64,000 nucleotides of DNA, from the NCBI GenBank assembly GCA_000320545.1, contig ADNK01001400.1:62001-126000 (forward strand). The letters run 5' to 3'. Source of the DNA: Bigelowiella natans CCMP2755. Lineage: Eukaryota > Protista > Cercozoa. The stretch's first letter is position 1; each line of letters begins with the position of its first letter. Below are positions 1-13,455 of this stretch, piece after piece. Below the pieces are notes generated by a model. The model did no database searches, was not told where the DNA came from, and saw only the letters and a program-made list of their open reading frames with translations. The translations under genes and the position numbers were made by a program.

Positions 1-675
1 CTTCCTCTTCTGACAAAGCGAGAACATTCATACCACTAACTTTTACGTTAGGTGACACTGCTCGACCGAATTGCTACCAAGAGTCCTAATTGGTACCCTG
101 CAAGATGATATCTCTTTTTGCTGCCCATGATCTCACGAAGAAAAATGTGCACGAGTTAGGCTCTCGAATGCATCCGGAGTGCAACGTCATGGCTTCGAAC
201 AGGTGATATCTCTCATTTCGCTAATAAAGAACTGCCACAGTGGAGAAGCAGTGAAAATTGCCAGAAAGAGCGTGAATGTTAGCTCTAGTATATTTTTTCA
301 GTTTTATGTTTTTCTCTCATCAGATACTGAATCGTCTCCAAAAGAAGGTAGTACGTTCAGTTGGTGTGTATACTAGTACTGATGAGCACGGACGATGAAA
401 CGCAAGGACACATCCATACCGCCTATTTTATCTAGATCAAGCAGCTCAGCCCTCAAGGACTCTCAAGGGTAATCGATCGTGCAACTAGCGAGTGCATAGA
501 AATGGGAGTTTGCGAAATCAAATCCATCACACCCTCATCACCACACACGGCACGGCACTTGATGAGTAGGTTGTGCACTCACTGGCAACACTGGGTTATG
601 CACTCCCAGATACGTTTGCAAAGGTAATAGATTAGCATTCAGGTCTTGTATTGTATTCGCCTTTGGAGTACCCGC

Positions 676-757
<82 letters not shown>

Positions 758-2272
758 AGACGGGGGTGAGGTTACCGCCGTAGATTTTTTTTGAGAGATC
801 GATATAATTTAAGATCAATCATTTCAAATGAGATCAATCAGCCTGGTTGAGTTCGCTACTGCCTCTTCTGCCTACAAATGATGATGATGGTGATGACGAT
901 TCAGGAACTTGAGACGCGTATGATGTCAGGAGTATCTAAGTTCAGAGCGAAGGAGGTATTATTAGGGCATGGACAAACAAAAACACGACGTGCGAGAGGG
1001 GATGGGAGCCAGCATACCCAGAGGCCTTTTTGCTGGTTCTTTTTCGATCGTGAACATAATAAATAGCATCGTGTAAAATCATTGCTCAGATCGTCACAAG
1101 CACGTGGGGCCTTGCGAAACTGGGTGAGTCCTCCAAGCCCATAATTTCCCTTTTGAGGGGGTAGTCACCAACCCCCATCCTTTCCATGAGTTCTCGCCTG
1201 TGCGTCCTCCGTAGGATACGGCAATCGAAAGAAGCTGCGCCAATCCCTCGAAACAGTCACGACGAGATTCCTCTCCAAAATGTCCAACAGTACGTCATAT
1301 GAGAGACAGAACCCACCACGCCGCGTTGATCCCTTTCCCTTCTTCTCCGGGTTCCGGGATAAATAAGACACGACGGAGACGAAGCGTAGCGCATTGCAAA
1401 GGCTGATCTCCTTTCTTTCCTGCGTGTTTTCTTGCGGTCTTTTAGACGAAATATCACGGAGTATGTGGGCCCTATCGGCTTTTGCTCAGCGGGTAATCCA
1501 ATCCGCAAGATGTGCTTTTTGGTGCGTGCGCGCGCGCTTTGTGGTCATTTATCGAAGACAACCACCTCCCTCCACAATACGCAGGATGATTTGCGGAGCA
1601 TGGCGAAGGGGGGAGGCAGCTCTGGCACGATGCCGGAGATTAATAAAACGTGCTTGTCTCGATTATTGAGCATTACTCGGGTTCGGTTGAAGGAAGGCTC
1701 GAATCACACCTGGAGTGCACAAGACGCGGCTGATATCCTCGAGGCCGTCGAGGGCCTTGATCACCGTCCTCATCCAAACATATTGTCGCGGTAGTATTAA
1801 TTTCGATGTATTTGTTATTCTAATGCTTGGCGGTGAAGAGAGGTATAACATGCCGCAATACCCTCCCCCCCCCCCCTCCCCTCAAGGATCGAGAGGCGTC
1901 TGGTCCGTACGGAGAGTCCATTAAATATCAGCAGCAGTAGCCTTAATAATGCGCCAGTAGCGGGACGACTGATCGGCCTCTCCCCCAAACATCATGTCAC
2001 AATATTGAGGTTGTCCCGTGTTGCTTGCAGCCATTAGCGACGGCCATGAGCCAGTGCTTGCATGTGTCGTTGTGCGTGCTGTTATCGTTGATTCATTCCA
2101 TCCCTGTAACAGGACTCTAGCATCGATGTCGCACCGGTTTCAGAACGCCTCCACCTCGATTACATCGGTCCTCGAATTACCTCGCCAGCGCCTGCTTTTC
2201 TCGCCTGATGCTGTGTTGCCTTTTTTACCTTCTTTTTTCCTTGGTGGGGTGGGGTGGGGGGGGGAGGGTGGG

Positions 2273-2325
<53 letters not shown>

Positions 2326-3073
2326 ATTATCTCACATTAGGGTTACACACGGCGCTACCCTTGACAGCTATTCGACTCGGGATGTTTGCGATCTTTACTG
2401 TGAGAGATATATCGGAGGTACTTAGCTTCGCATCGAAGAAGAACACGAGGTATTCTGCCATCGTCTTTGCGCCATTGCAACGTGATAATCATTGGGCGGA
2501 ATAATGTCAGATGGAAAATCGACCCTGTTCTCGTAAAGACTGTTAACACGCATCTTTCGGTGCATGCAAAGCGTCTCAATCCTTCCAATGTGAAACGAAT
2601 ATAGAAACTCAAGCCGTATTTAATGTGTTTGCTTATAAATGTCAGTAACCAGATTCTCCCTCATCACCAAATCATCACAAATGTAGGCATTATCAGCTCT
2701 TGAGACTTTAAGTAACTTCGGCTCTGAATCGAAGGACGCAGTTCGTCGAATCTGCGCTCAGGTATCGACCGAACATCCTAAATGCTCGACGAGTTTGATT
2801 TCTTTGCATCTACGTCGCAATGTCGTCATTATTTAGGTCAACAGCAGTATGCACGCACTATCCCCATTGCAGGTCACGACACATTGGCTTCGCATCATAG
2901 TGTATTTTGCAACTTTGGGGACTTTGGCGCAACTTTTCGATGTGTTTCGTATCGGGGTATTTAAGTAGAAATATTTATTGCAGGCACACAGAGCCTCCAG
3001 CGTTTTGCACTTCTTCTCTAAATCGTCGTCGTCTTCGAATTCAGCGTTGAAATCGCGAAAGCTGCTGGATTAG
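1..3073 (+). CDS. 5'-partial multi-exon helical-repeat protein, OPR/RAP(FASTK)-like putative organellar RNA-binding protein
   Basis: Manually joined GT-AG exons give IKQLSPQGLSR|VVHSLATLGYALP, FRAKE|IVTSTWGLAKLG, DEISRSMWALSAF and WSAQDAADILEAVEGLDHRP. These match the 'F/LxPQxLSxxxWALAxLG' repeat. The last exon ends ...KSRKLLD-TAG at 3073. Confidence 0.6.
677..752. repeat. Intronic compound microsatellite (CA)n(GA)n
   Basis: Directly visible. Confidence 0.95.
2276..2324. repeat. Intronic compound microsatellite (TA)n(TG)n
   Basis: Directly visible. Similar tracts lie near 13410, 41300, 43280, 47305, 58890, 60145 and 62580. Confidence 0.95.
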
Positions 3074-3565
3074 TAACTTTGCATTTGGTTATGAGTCTAC
3101 GATCGAATTATTCGAACTCAATAACTCCGACCGGTGTACCATGTCCTATCAGGCTATGCATACGATAGCATACAGCATTCGAATATGATATTACAGCCTA
3201 CGGACTAGCCGTACAGCTACATTGAAATTCACCTCCAACTGCTTGCGCAGCGTGATAGGATGCTAACACTCCACATATTTATAGAGACGACAGCGACTAC
3301 ATGCATATACCCGTGCGTGAAGGTGCGCGTAAAGCGCGCAGAGACAGAATTACATGCACAACTGTACTGCATGTAAGATGGATGTAATTAATCAATTTAA
3401 TTTGTATATAGGGACTTTAAGTCCCTATATTTGTTTATATGTTCAATGTGCATGCATGTGTAGTATATCAACAGCCAGCACAGAGCCGACACACTCGCGC
3501 GCCATGTGTGCTACAACTACGCATATGCATCATTCTACGATGCGGCGCTGCCTAGTAAATGTGTG

Positions 3566-3644
3566 CACAGCGCAGCGCGTTGCACAGCTACATGTTATAG
3601 GATGACCATTTAACAAATTTAATTTGATCAGCTACATCCGTCTC
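3566..3644 (-). repeat. Dispersed ~90 bp repeat, copy (GAGACGGATGTA...TGGTCATCCTA..TGTAGCT family)
   Basis: Reverse complement aligns to 15547-15633 and 48321-48412. A 5' fragment is also present at ~3375-3404 (+). Confidence 0.8.
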
Positions 3645-3895
3645 ATGCATTATTAGCGTGCACACGCAAGGCACGAATAATAACGCTAGAACAACTGCAC
3701 GAAGCTCGCTAGCTCGGCCTTGTTGCAGCTACTACTAGCATGCAGATAGTCTGGCACGTGTAGCAATCTGCTGTACATATACTCGGTGTGCGTGTTGTGT
3801 CGTGTGTGCGTGCGTGCTAGCCGTGTGTGAGAGAGCTATGTGCATGCTCAAGCACAGCGTTGCATTGGCTGAAACGAGCAGACATAATTTTTCAT

Positions 3896-3987
3896 AGCGC
3901 TGTAGTCCCCGCTTTGCACAGCTACATTAAAATGACATTTGATAGAATGTAATTAAATTGAATTGATCATGTCATTGCGTCCGTCTC
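3896..3987 (-). repeat. Dispersed ~90 bp repeat, degenerate copy
   Basis: Reverse complement reads GAGACGGACGCAAT...AATGTAGCTGTGCAAAGCGGGGACTACAGCGCT. Confidence 0.7.
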
Positions 3988-4213
3988 ACACATACGCCCA
4001 GCGTGCGAGCTCTGTACGTGCAAAAACCAAGCAAAAGAGGCTGCACAATGTGGGGCATGCATGTAGATGTGTGCAGGTTACGCATTATCAGCAGCGACTG
4101 ACTGATAGTAAAGGCTGAGTGTTTTTTGGACGATGCTCAAAACATTTACTCCTATCGCCCTTCTAGATAGGCAACTAGTTGTTTAGTTTTAAGTGCTCTA
4201 CAGATTAATTGCC

Positions 4214-5178
4214 CTACTCAGCAGCTGCTCTCTCGGCAGCTAAAGCTTCATCTGCCTCCCTCTCCTCGGCCTCTCTTATGAGCCGTGCTTGTCTCTCTTT
4301 CTCGGCTTTCTCAGCTGCTGCTCGCTGCTTGGCCTGCTCCTTCTCTTTCTCAATCTGCGCCCTGTTTGCAATCGACATTTGCTTCTGTAACTTTTTCTCT
4401 GCCTCCTCCTCCAGGGTCGCAATATTCTTTTTGGCCTCAGCGTCACCCTTACCCTTGATTTGCTTCCTGGTGGTTTTTCCTGTAAGTAACTTTTGAGCAG
4501 TAATGTTTGCGATCTTTTTACTGTGCTCATAAGCCTCAGAGTTTTGGGCCTTGGTATCGAAATATAATTTCTCGTTTTTGAACCTAAGCCGTGCTAGAAG
4601 AGCTTGCGCTAGTTCCTGGTGTCTCTCCGCGCGCATGAGACTGTCATCTTCAACACAGTCTCGAATTGTCATGGCTGGCACGTCGACACGATCCTGACGG
4701 CTGTTCTCCAGAGCATATGTAACGAAGGAGAACACCCTATCCACGATGTTCTCGATTACGGTCACGATGACGTACTGGTTGTCGATAGATCGCCCTTCTT
4801 TGTAAATGACATTTTCTGCTGCCTTTGCTCGATTTTCCTTGCGACCAAGAGTCTTGCTTGACTTCGTCTGAGCAGATGTTTGATGTGAAGCAGCATAATC
4901 ATTACCAAGAATAAAAACTGGGATGGAGCAATTGAATTAGTAGAATATCGTGCAAACCTTTGCATGTGCTTTGAATCCACCATGATCAAGAGGATTGAGT
5001 TTGTGAGTTTTTTTCCTCGTGCTTTTCGTCTTGACTACTTTGCTGGGGTCACAATCTCTCATCACTCTCAATCGATCTTGGTGCGCCTTATGATGGCTCT
5101 GCCACTTCTTCCGCGAAAGAAATGGTTTTCTACTTTGTATGCGTTTCAAAAGGGCCTGCGACAAATTTACACACACAT

Positions 5179-5227
<49 letters not shown>

Positions 5228-5890
5228 CGAGAGAGAAGGAATCAAATATTGACACGCACACGCACGAACAAACACAAATATAGCTAAATATGTACTACAC
5301 ATAAGTATGTCATATCGTGTGTGCATGCGTGCTAGTCGAATCTTTGCATGATACTGTAGCCCAAATGGTCATCATTAAGGATGTAACGCAATTTTATTTA
5401 TAAATAATAATCCACACCAAATTTTCTTGATTTATTCTTTCTTGTTCTCGGCGACGAAGTCCGGCGTTCATACTTCGCGCCGCTCTCGTAGTTTTGTGAT
5501 TGTCGAGAGTATTGTGGGTCATGATGTGGGACATTTTCTGCAATGTTGTAGAATATTATTTTTCTGATTAGTCCAAAGATTTCCACCATTTGCATGCAAT
5601 TCACTTGTGACCGACCTGGAGGAGAATTCGATTTTCCCGTTCAATCTTTGCGTATCTCTCTGTGAAAATATACACTTCTATTAATTATGAAGCAAAATAG
5701 ATCAAAGCGTGAGCCTACCTTCAATCATTTGCTCCTTTTTGGCTTTGTGAACCAGGTGGTTGTACGTCGGAGGCTTCTTATTGTCCACGTTAGCTTTAAC
5801 CCCCCTAATGCGCTTTCCCAACCGCTCATTTTGCTCCAACTCCCATTTGTACTTGCAAATCTTATTTAACACTGGCTGGGCACGGTGCAT
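4214..5890 (-). CDS. CFAP97-domain (KIAA1430/Hemingway family, CFAP97D1/D2-like) flagellar protein with C-terminal coiled coil, 5 exons
   Basis: Spliced: MHRAQPVLNKICKYKW...VDNKKPPTYNHLVHKAKKEQMIE|ERYAKIERENRILLQ|KMSHIM...SMNAGLRRREQERINQENL|ALLKRIQSRKP...|TKSSKT...E/K/A-rich tail. Matches the CFAP97 domain consensus. Confidence 0.8.
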
Positions 5891-7006
5891 GTTCGATAGT
5901 ATCTAGCCTTAATAGACAGAACAGCACGAAACCTGAGCAACGTTTTGAGCTCTTCCTCTCTTGCCTGTGAATGTAAAGAAAATCGCCACTTAGCACAGTA
6001 CCAAAAGTAAGTATGGATGAAAGATAAAAATAAAATTCGAAGATCACTTGCAGGAAATCTTATTGTGACACATTTTCTTCGTTTCATTCGCCCCAATAAA
6101 TGACTTTGGAAGGGATATAACGACGTTATCATCGTTTAAAAATGCTCCAAAGACTGTGAACATGGTCACACGCCTGAACAATCCTTCATGATTCGAGATA
6201 TAGTGAATATCCCTCAGCCTGATCGTATACGAACCCTTACTTCCCCCCTCCCGACCAATGTTCGAAACCCATCCACCTTCCAAGGCCAGCGACACCCAAT
6301 TGAAATTGATTAAGATAATTAGATACGCACATAAATCATTGACTTTGAGAATATTCGATCTAATTTTCATATCCGTCATGCATTCATGATTTATTTTCAT
6401 TAAAATATAACTCATTTGATGTCGCTCTGTGCGCATTCCGAACCAACTGGCAAACCCAAAACGTCTGTGAATGTGTACATCGAATTTCCCGATATTTCTG
6501 TCTAGAAATTGACATTTTATCATGGGGCATTGTCAATAATACATTCCTTTTATGAAATTAATACACCATACTTGTTGGTATGACAGAAAATTGTCAACGA
6601 TGCTTTTTGCAGGGAAAAAGAAAAAATCTGAGAAAAGAATATGGAGAATAGACTCAAATGGCCTACAATTTCGAACAGCGGCAGACCGACGAGAAGGAAA
6701 CACCTGCCGTTTGTGTCAGTTTCACACACTTTACCAGGTCAAACCCGCTATATTAAAGTTTTTGGAAAAACAATTATAAAATTCGGCTAATCTCTTGCCG
6801 TCCCCCCCAACGAAAAAGAGTACCGAATCACTGTGCCCGAGTCGGTGTGTTCGGTTAGTATGTGTGTGTGTGTGTGGGTGTTTACGCGTGTTTTTACGTG
6901 TGTTTGGCGCGCGCGCGCGCACGCGTGTGTGTGCGTATCAATATGTGTGAGTTAATGTGCATGTTAGGGTATGGACGTAAATGACTCGGGTTCAGGTTCG
7001 GGTTCG

Positions 7007-7410
7007 GATGAGATCTCGCGCGATGGAGACACCAAGAAAATCAAGAAATTCGTGGTACGACAACGAAATATCTACCAGAATGACAACATATTATGTCAAT
7101 GCCGAATGCTTACCAACACGACGCTTTAACACAACCGTTATGGCAGGCTCCAAATTTAGAAACAGAAAGCTATGTGTATAGCAGCGATGGCTACTTTGAA
7201 GTAATTGACCCTCTAAAGATTGGGAACCGTTTCACATTTTCACATTTCTATAAACTTTTCACGTGTTCTCATCCGGACGATTGCAACCAAAACCAAAACT
7301 AACTTTCAATTATTCTAGTCAATACATGCTAACATTGCTTATACATTTCAACGTCAACTGCCCTCTATGTGCGCCACATCCACGCGCGCACTTACACACA
7401 CCTCCCCCCG

Positions 7411-7456
<46 letters not shown>

Positions 7457-9745
7457 ACGTATAAACACGAATAGACAACATGTGGGTGTAAATCATATTT
7501 TTTTCCCACATACGAATGCGACCTTTAGGTGGCGGATGAGGGTGGAAAGGTAGCTAGAAGTTTGCCAGTTTCATTGCAACCTAGATCTAACAAAGATACT
7601 ATTGCAACTTACCTCACTCAATGAGGTCGTATTAAATGTTTGGAGTTCACATGACCTAACACAAACAGAATAATCCTCGTTATGGGCCGGCAGAGGAAAA
7701 CACTGTGCGCTCAGATACTGACCCAGATAAGATGATTTTCTCAGAATCTGAGATTTCTGTCAATAAGAAACTTGGGGAAGGCAACTTTGCGATAACATAT
7801 AAAGCCGAGATACTAGCAACCAAACGACCCGTAGCGCTGAAGGTTCCGAAGGGAAAGGTTACAAATGCAGAGGCGAATAAGGAAATGAAAAGCTTGATAG
7901 AAATAGGGAGGTATGATGTGTAATTATTACTCTTGATGATAACTCACAATGATACTGATAACTATAGCATTCACGACATTACACCCGTCATCACTTTGTC
8001 TGTCATGACACCATGAAAATGGCGACAAGTGGGGCAACGTGAAAAAAATTGCTGCGATTTTGCAAAAAAATAACCTTGCGGAAATCTGGTTCATGCGGTT
8101 GAAATGCTCGTTGCTATTTCCTATAGAACCGATGATTGTTGTATCCACGTAACATAGACATCGGAACATCTTGGATTTCATCGGTTTAGTCCAGTTCAAG
8201 AGCGCTCCGTGCTTTATGACAGACTTTTGTGAGAAGGGCAGCATTGAGGATCTACACGATGAGCTTGACCTACACACTGACGCAATGCTCCGCCACATAG
8301 CGGCGAGCATTAGTCGTGGGTTACATCACTTGCATTCCCGCAAAATGGTTCACAGGGACATCGCATGTCGCAATCTTTTAATGAAGGGTGACGGTACTGT
8401 TGTCATTGCTGATTTTGGCCTCACGCGAACTCTTACTTCCGGAGGACACGTGAATTCAGCGGCAACGCCATTCTCCGGCTCTGGAGGGTATTCGGGGCCA
8501 TCGAATACTGGTTAGGAACAAGAACAAAAACAAAATCAACGAGAGAAAAATAGCTAGTAACATATTTTCCGTGTATCTTGCACTATGGCGAATTCAATTT
8601 TCGTCGGGGACAATGATGCGTGTGCTTGGATTGGACTGTTTTGAACGATATTCTTCACCATATATGTCATTCTACAATGATTCTGGTATTGTAAAATTAT
8701 AAACTACAAACAGCATGGCCCTGGACGGCACCAGAGGCCTTTCCTCCTAACGGTGTGTTCTCAGAGAAAGCAGACATCTATGCCCTTGGGATAACTTTAT
8801 GGGAGATTGTAACAAAAGGCGGCGCTCCCTTCGACTACAAACGACTCACCAGAGGAGAAGTGCATGCACAGGTTATGAAGCTACAGAAAGGTACTTAAGA
8901 GTGTGGGGCTAGTCTTGTGACATGCAATGTTTGTGTATTTTTATGGTGTGTGATGGTTGCAATTGGATGTTCGCATGTATTGAAATTGGGTCAACAATGC
9001 ATTTACGCGTTTTCGTATCATTACATCGCCCCAGGGAATATGATTGAACTGCCAGCCAATATTTCTTCGCTAGCCTCAGCATTGATCAGTCCCTGCACGT
9101 CACACCATCCCGATAAAAGACCGACCGCTTTCGGCCTTCTTGCGGCAATTACTTCGGGCCAAGATCCAGAGTTTACATACCAATCTCGACAAGAGAGTCA
9201 AAACCAGAGGGATGAGGATCATATTCTGCGCCTCATCCACGTGTTTGGGGGGGCGAAAGAATTTGTGGATGCATGTGCAGGAGGCGAAATGCTTGTTCAG
9301 ATGTCCTCGCCGTTGATCTCCCAGTTTAAGTCGTCCTTTCGGGATCTTATAACCAGGAAAAACGGAATTTCAGAAGAGGGTGGTTTGTATTGTGCGTCTG
9401 AATTCCACCTGTTCGATGAAATTCAGTGGTTGTTGAGAACAAACCCGACTTTGAGCCAACGTTCATGGATTGAGGACCCCCTAATTTGGGCCGTCGATCA
9501 AGGTTACGCAAAGCTTGCTGCCTGGTTAGTCTCGAGCCAATTTGTCGATGTTCACGAAACTGAAAAGGTAATTTGCTTCCGATCTCATATTCGAAAGATC
9601 CCATTTTTATGCTTAGCCTTTTGGTATTTTCCACATTATGTCATCATTGATTTTACTTGCTATCGCCATTCAAACCATTTTCTCATGAACGTGCTAAAGT
9701 AATCCGTGATGTGATTCACACACTTACACGCACACAAAAACTTGC

Positions 9746-9785
<40 letters not shown>

Positions 9786-12700
9786 CTACTAGCACTTACA
9801 AAGCTACACACAGGGAATTAAAGCTCTGGTAACGGCTGCAGAGTCAGGCAATTTTGATATTGTGAAGCTCTTAGTATCTGCACAGGCCGAAATTCGTGGT
9901 CGATCAAATAGTAGCGGCATTGTAGAGTCGGTAGTAGTATTTGCGGCATCAAGACGAAGCCGTGTCGCGATAACAAGGTGGTTGCTGTCCAAAGACAAGA
10001 AGCTGCTGCAAGCTACGAACGCATTGGGGCAGACTCTCCTTACAAATTCGATCCAAAATGGCAATCCTAAGATCACGCAGATGCTTCTCCACGAGTGCAG
10101 GGCGGATGTGAACGGCAAGGATGCTAACCGGATGACTCCGTTGATGCATGCGGTCGCACAAGGTAACATGCAACTGTCCAAGGAATTGATTGAGATGAAG
10201 GCAGACCCTAACGCGAGGAATAAGTTCGGGGCCTCTGCTTTGCATTTGGCACTCTCAAAAGAACCTAGAATTGCGATGTGGCTGGCGACAGAGGGAGGTG
10301 CAAGTGTCAACGCCAGAGATTACAGACTTGACACCACTTTCCAATACTCCGCAAGAGCTAATATTCCAGAGTTGACGAAGTGGCTTGTAAGTCACCGGGA
10401 TTTGAAATTCAGAAAGGACGGCATAGAAATGAGGGATGCAATATGTCAGTGTGCCAGACATGACGATATCGATACAGTCGCGTATCTCCTCAAAGAAGGC
10501 GCGCCAAGATCTGGATTGATCATCCATGCAGTGAAAGCAAACGCAGAACGGGTAACAGACTACTTGCTTGGATTGGAGGGCGAGCTAGATGAAAACTCCC
10601 TCGCCTCCGCAATGCACATAGCTGTCAGGAAAAACTTACTCGGCATCGTAAAACTCCTTGCGCCGAAAATCCACAAGGGTTGCTTGCAAATAGATTCGAG
10701 AACTTCTCGGAGCAAGGATCTGACATGTGCGCACTATGCAGCAGCTAACAACAACAAGGACATTCTGCGGGTTCTGATCGATCTAAGGGCGGACCTGGAA
10801 GCAAAAGACCAAGATGGCCAGACTCCATTGATCTTAGCCCTGAAAGAGGGACACTTACAATTCGCAAAGGATTTGGTGATAGAGTTTAAAGTAGGCACTG
10901 ATTTGCGGGAGATAGCTAGTGGAAGGACGCCCCTACATTTTGCTGCCGAGTCGGGTGATATTGAACTCGGAAAATTTCTTCTTGAGAACAGCAAATGCGA
11001 TGTGTATGCTGAGGATCGGAGCGGGAAGAGGGTTTTAGACACTGCAGCAGCTGCTGGAAATCAAAAGTTTGTCGATTGGTTGGAGAAAATAGATGGTTAC
11101 AACACACAACAGCAAAAGATGTCGGGCATTTCAAGCAATGAAAGTGCTAAGGGTGAGGACGAAGATAAAGCTGAAGAATGTAATGAAGTGACTAAGGAGC
11201 AAAAACAATCACAGGAAAAGGTGATACTAAAGAGCACTTTTTCCCGCTTCATTTGCATCACAGAGTGTATTTTTTTCTCCGCATTCTGCTGTTAATACGA
11301 GAATACTTCTCTTGTAATAAATTTGCAGCTGCGAAAGCTGAGGAGAGAGTGCCCACATGCAAATATGATGGCGGATGAACGCGTTATCGAAAGCCTTCTT
11401 TATGAGAATCTCACCTCAGAGATCTTACTTGATCCAAAGTTTGAGAAGCAGTTGTACTCCATTCTGGAGAACGTCAATGGAGAAATCTCTCACATTCAGG
11501 TTGTTTTCCATACCATCAATACACTGCATACTTTGATCAACTTTTAGGGTGCACGCCACATGTCAGCCATCCCATCGCGTATTTCACACACCACACACTA
11601 CAAGTCACATACCACGCATTATACAAATTACACCGTGCATCACACATCGCAGACCACAGGTCGCACACCAAACACACACACACACACACAAACACCACCG
11701 ATAACACCTCACAGATCAGACATCGCACGCCGAACACAAATCACGCATCCGCCTCAATCATAACATAGCGCGCCGTTTGCCGAACTTAGTTTGACGGTGA
11801 TGGAAGTGCTGTTTCATTCGCAAGCCGAACTGAGCAGATAGCATTCACGAATCCTGTTCCAACGAAAGGAAAGGTACCATGACAACACAATCGCCCTCTA
11901 CACGGGCTGTAAGACGCATCATATCGCCATTCTCTTGTGTCAACGGGCTTGTAACTTTCTCTAGTTCTAACGTGTTATTAGCATGTCAACACCATGAAAT
12001 GCTCGTCAGGACAATCGAAACAATTTAAGGAAAAAGTAAACAAATTAAACGTTTCGATAGGGAATCTGGAGGTTCGTCGAGGATATCATTTCAACGGCAT
12101 CGGAAGAGATGCAACGCTTGACGCACGTGGCGTGGATTTGTGATGAGAAGGGGGGAAATCACTTTTGGGAGAGGGACTCTCCTGCAGCCCTTGTAACCCG
12201 TCTCACAAGACAAACTGCGTATTGCCTTGTACAGATGCGATTTACTAAGTTTGTGGAAATGGCCCTTTCGAAAGGGCGGATTAAGACGTTATCACAAATT
12301 GAGGGAGCTCTGCTGAGCGCGATCTTGGACGTTGTGGACACTCTTGGAAGGTTCAATGCGAACGAGAAGATCCAAGCAAGAGGCTTTGTTCTCATGAAGC
12401 CCGAGCGTAGCATGCAAATGATGATTGCTCTTCTTGTTGATCATCTTTCGATTGTGAAAGAACTCATCAGGCTGTCTATGGAGGTAGTAGCTAATCACAA
12501 AATTCATCAATCGGTCTAGAATCACCCACTAATATATCCTGCCACGATGTGCTCAAGGCTTCGTATTTCGAGCTCTGGAAATTCTGGCGGTCTCACAAGC
12601 GCTATTACTTTGAGAAAGATGCGAAATCAAGCGAGGGCAGGATTTTCGTTCATGCTGGAGAGAGGGCGAAGGTTGCATACGGCTACCACTTCATGGATTT

Positions 12701-13408
12701 TGTGCCGACGGTTATGTGGCCAGAGCTTCATCAGTACCATCGCATTTTTATTGAAAGCTTTGGCATCAACAAAGGGAAAGGCTCAACCTTTGTGAATGGC
12801 CCAGCGGTATGACAGATTCTGAAAACTCTGCAAATTTATACTCATCGTTTCAACTCCAAAAAGATTATTAATCCAAGAATGCCTTTCCTTTTGCGTGACC
12901 TTGACCAATCCATCTCTTTTTGAACCTAAAATCTATTGTTTTCTGATTAAATAATGTTTTCCTATACGCTGGACACAATCCAGCATGGCGAAGCCATTGA
13001 AATGTATGCTAGTAATCGTGGTGCAGCAAACTGTCTGGCAGTTGCGCTGATGAATTCCCTTTTCGGTCAGGCAAACTACGTTAAGGATTTCTGCAAAACT
13101 ATTGGAATTATTCCCATCCATCTGAACTTCACCGAATACTTCAATGCAAATATAATAACTTTCCTGCTCGAAAACCTGTCTGCCGTTCCGCGCAGTTTGA
13201 TGATCTTTTGCGGATTGGAAAGGATAGCGGCGGACAATATTCGCCATTTGAGACAGAGCTGTTGTGAAATGGCAACGTCGAGCGATCTGCAGCTCTCTGT
13301 CACCGCCGTGTCGGAAAAGAATGCACCGGACAAGAAGTTCAAAGATGCTGTTGAGTTTGATATGAACTTCCAACCACCACCCATGTCTGTGGTTCTTGAG
13401 GTTGGTCG

Positions 13409-13455
<47 letters not shown>

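Noticed and set aside
379-402. CTGATGA...GAAA hammerhead-ribozyme-like core
   Set aside because: The intervening GCACGGACGAT cannot form stem II and no stems I/III are evident. It lies in an ordinary intron.
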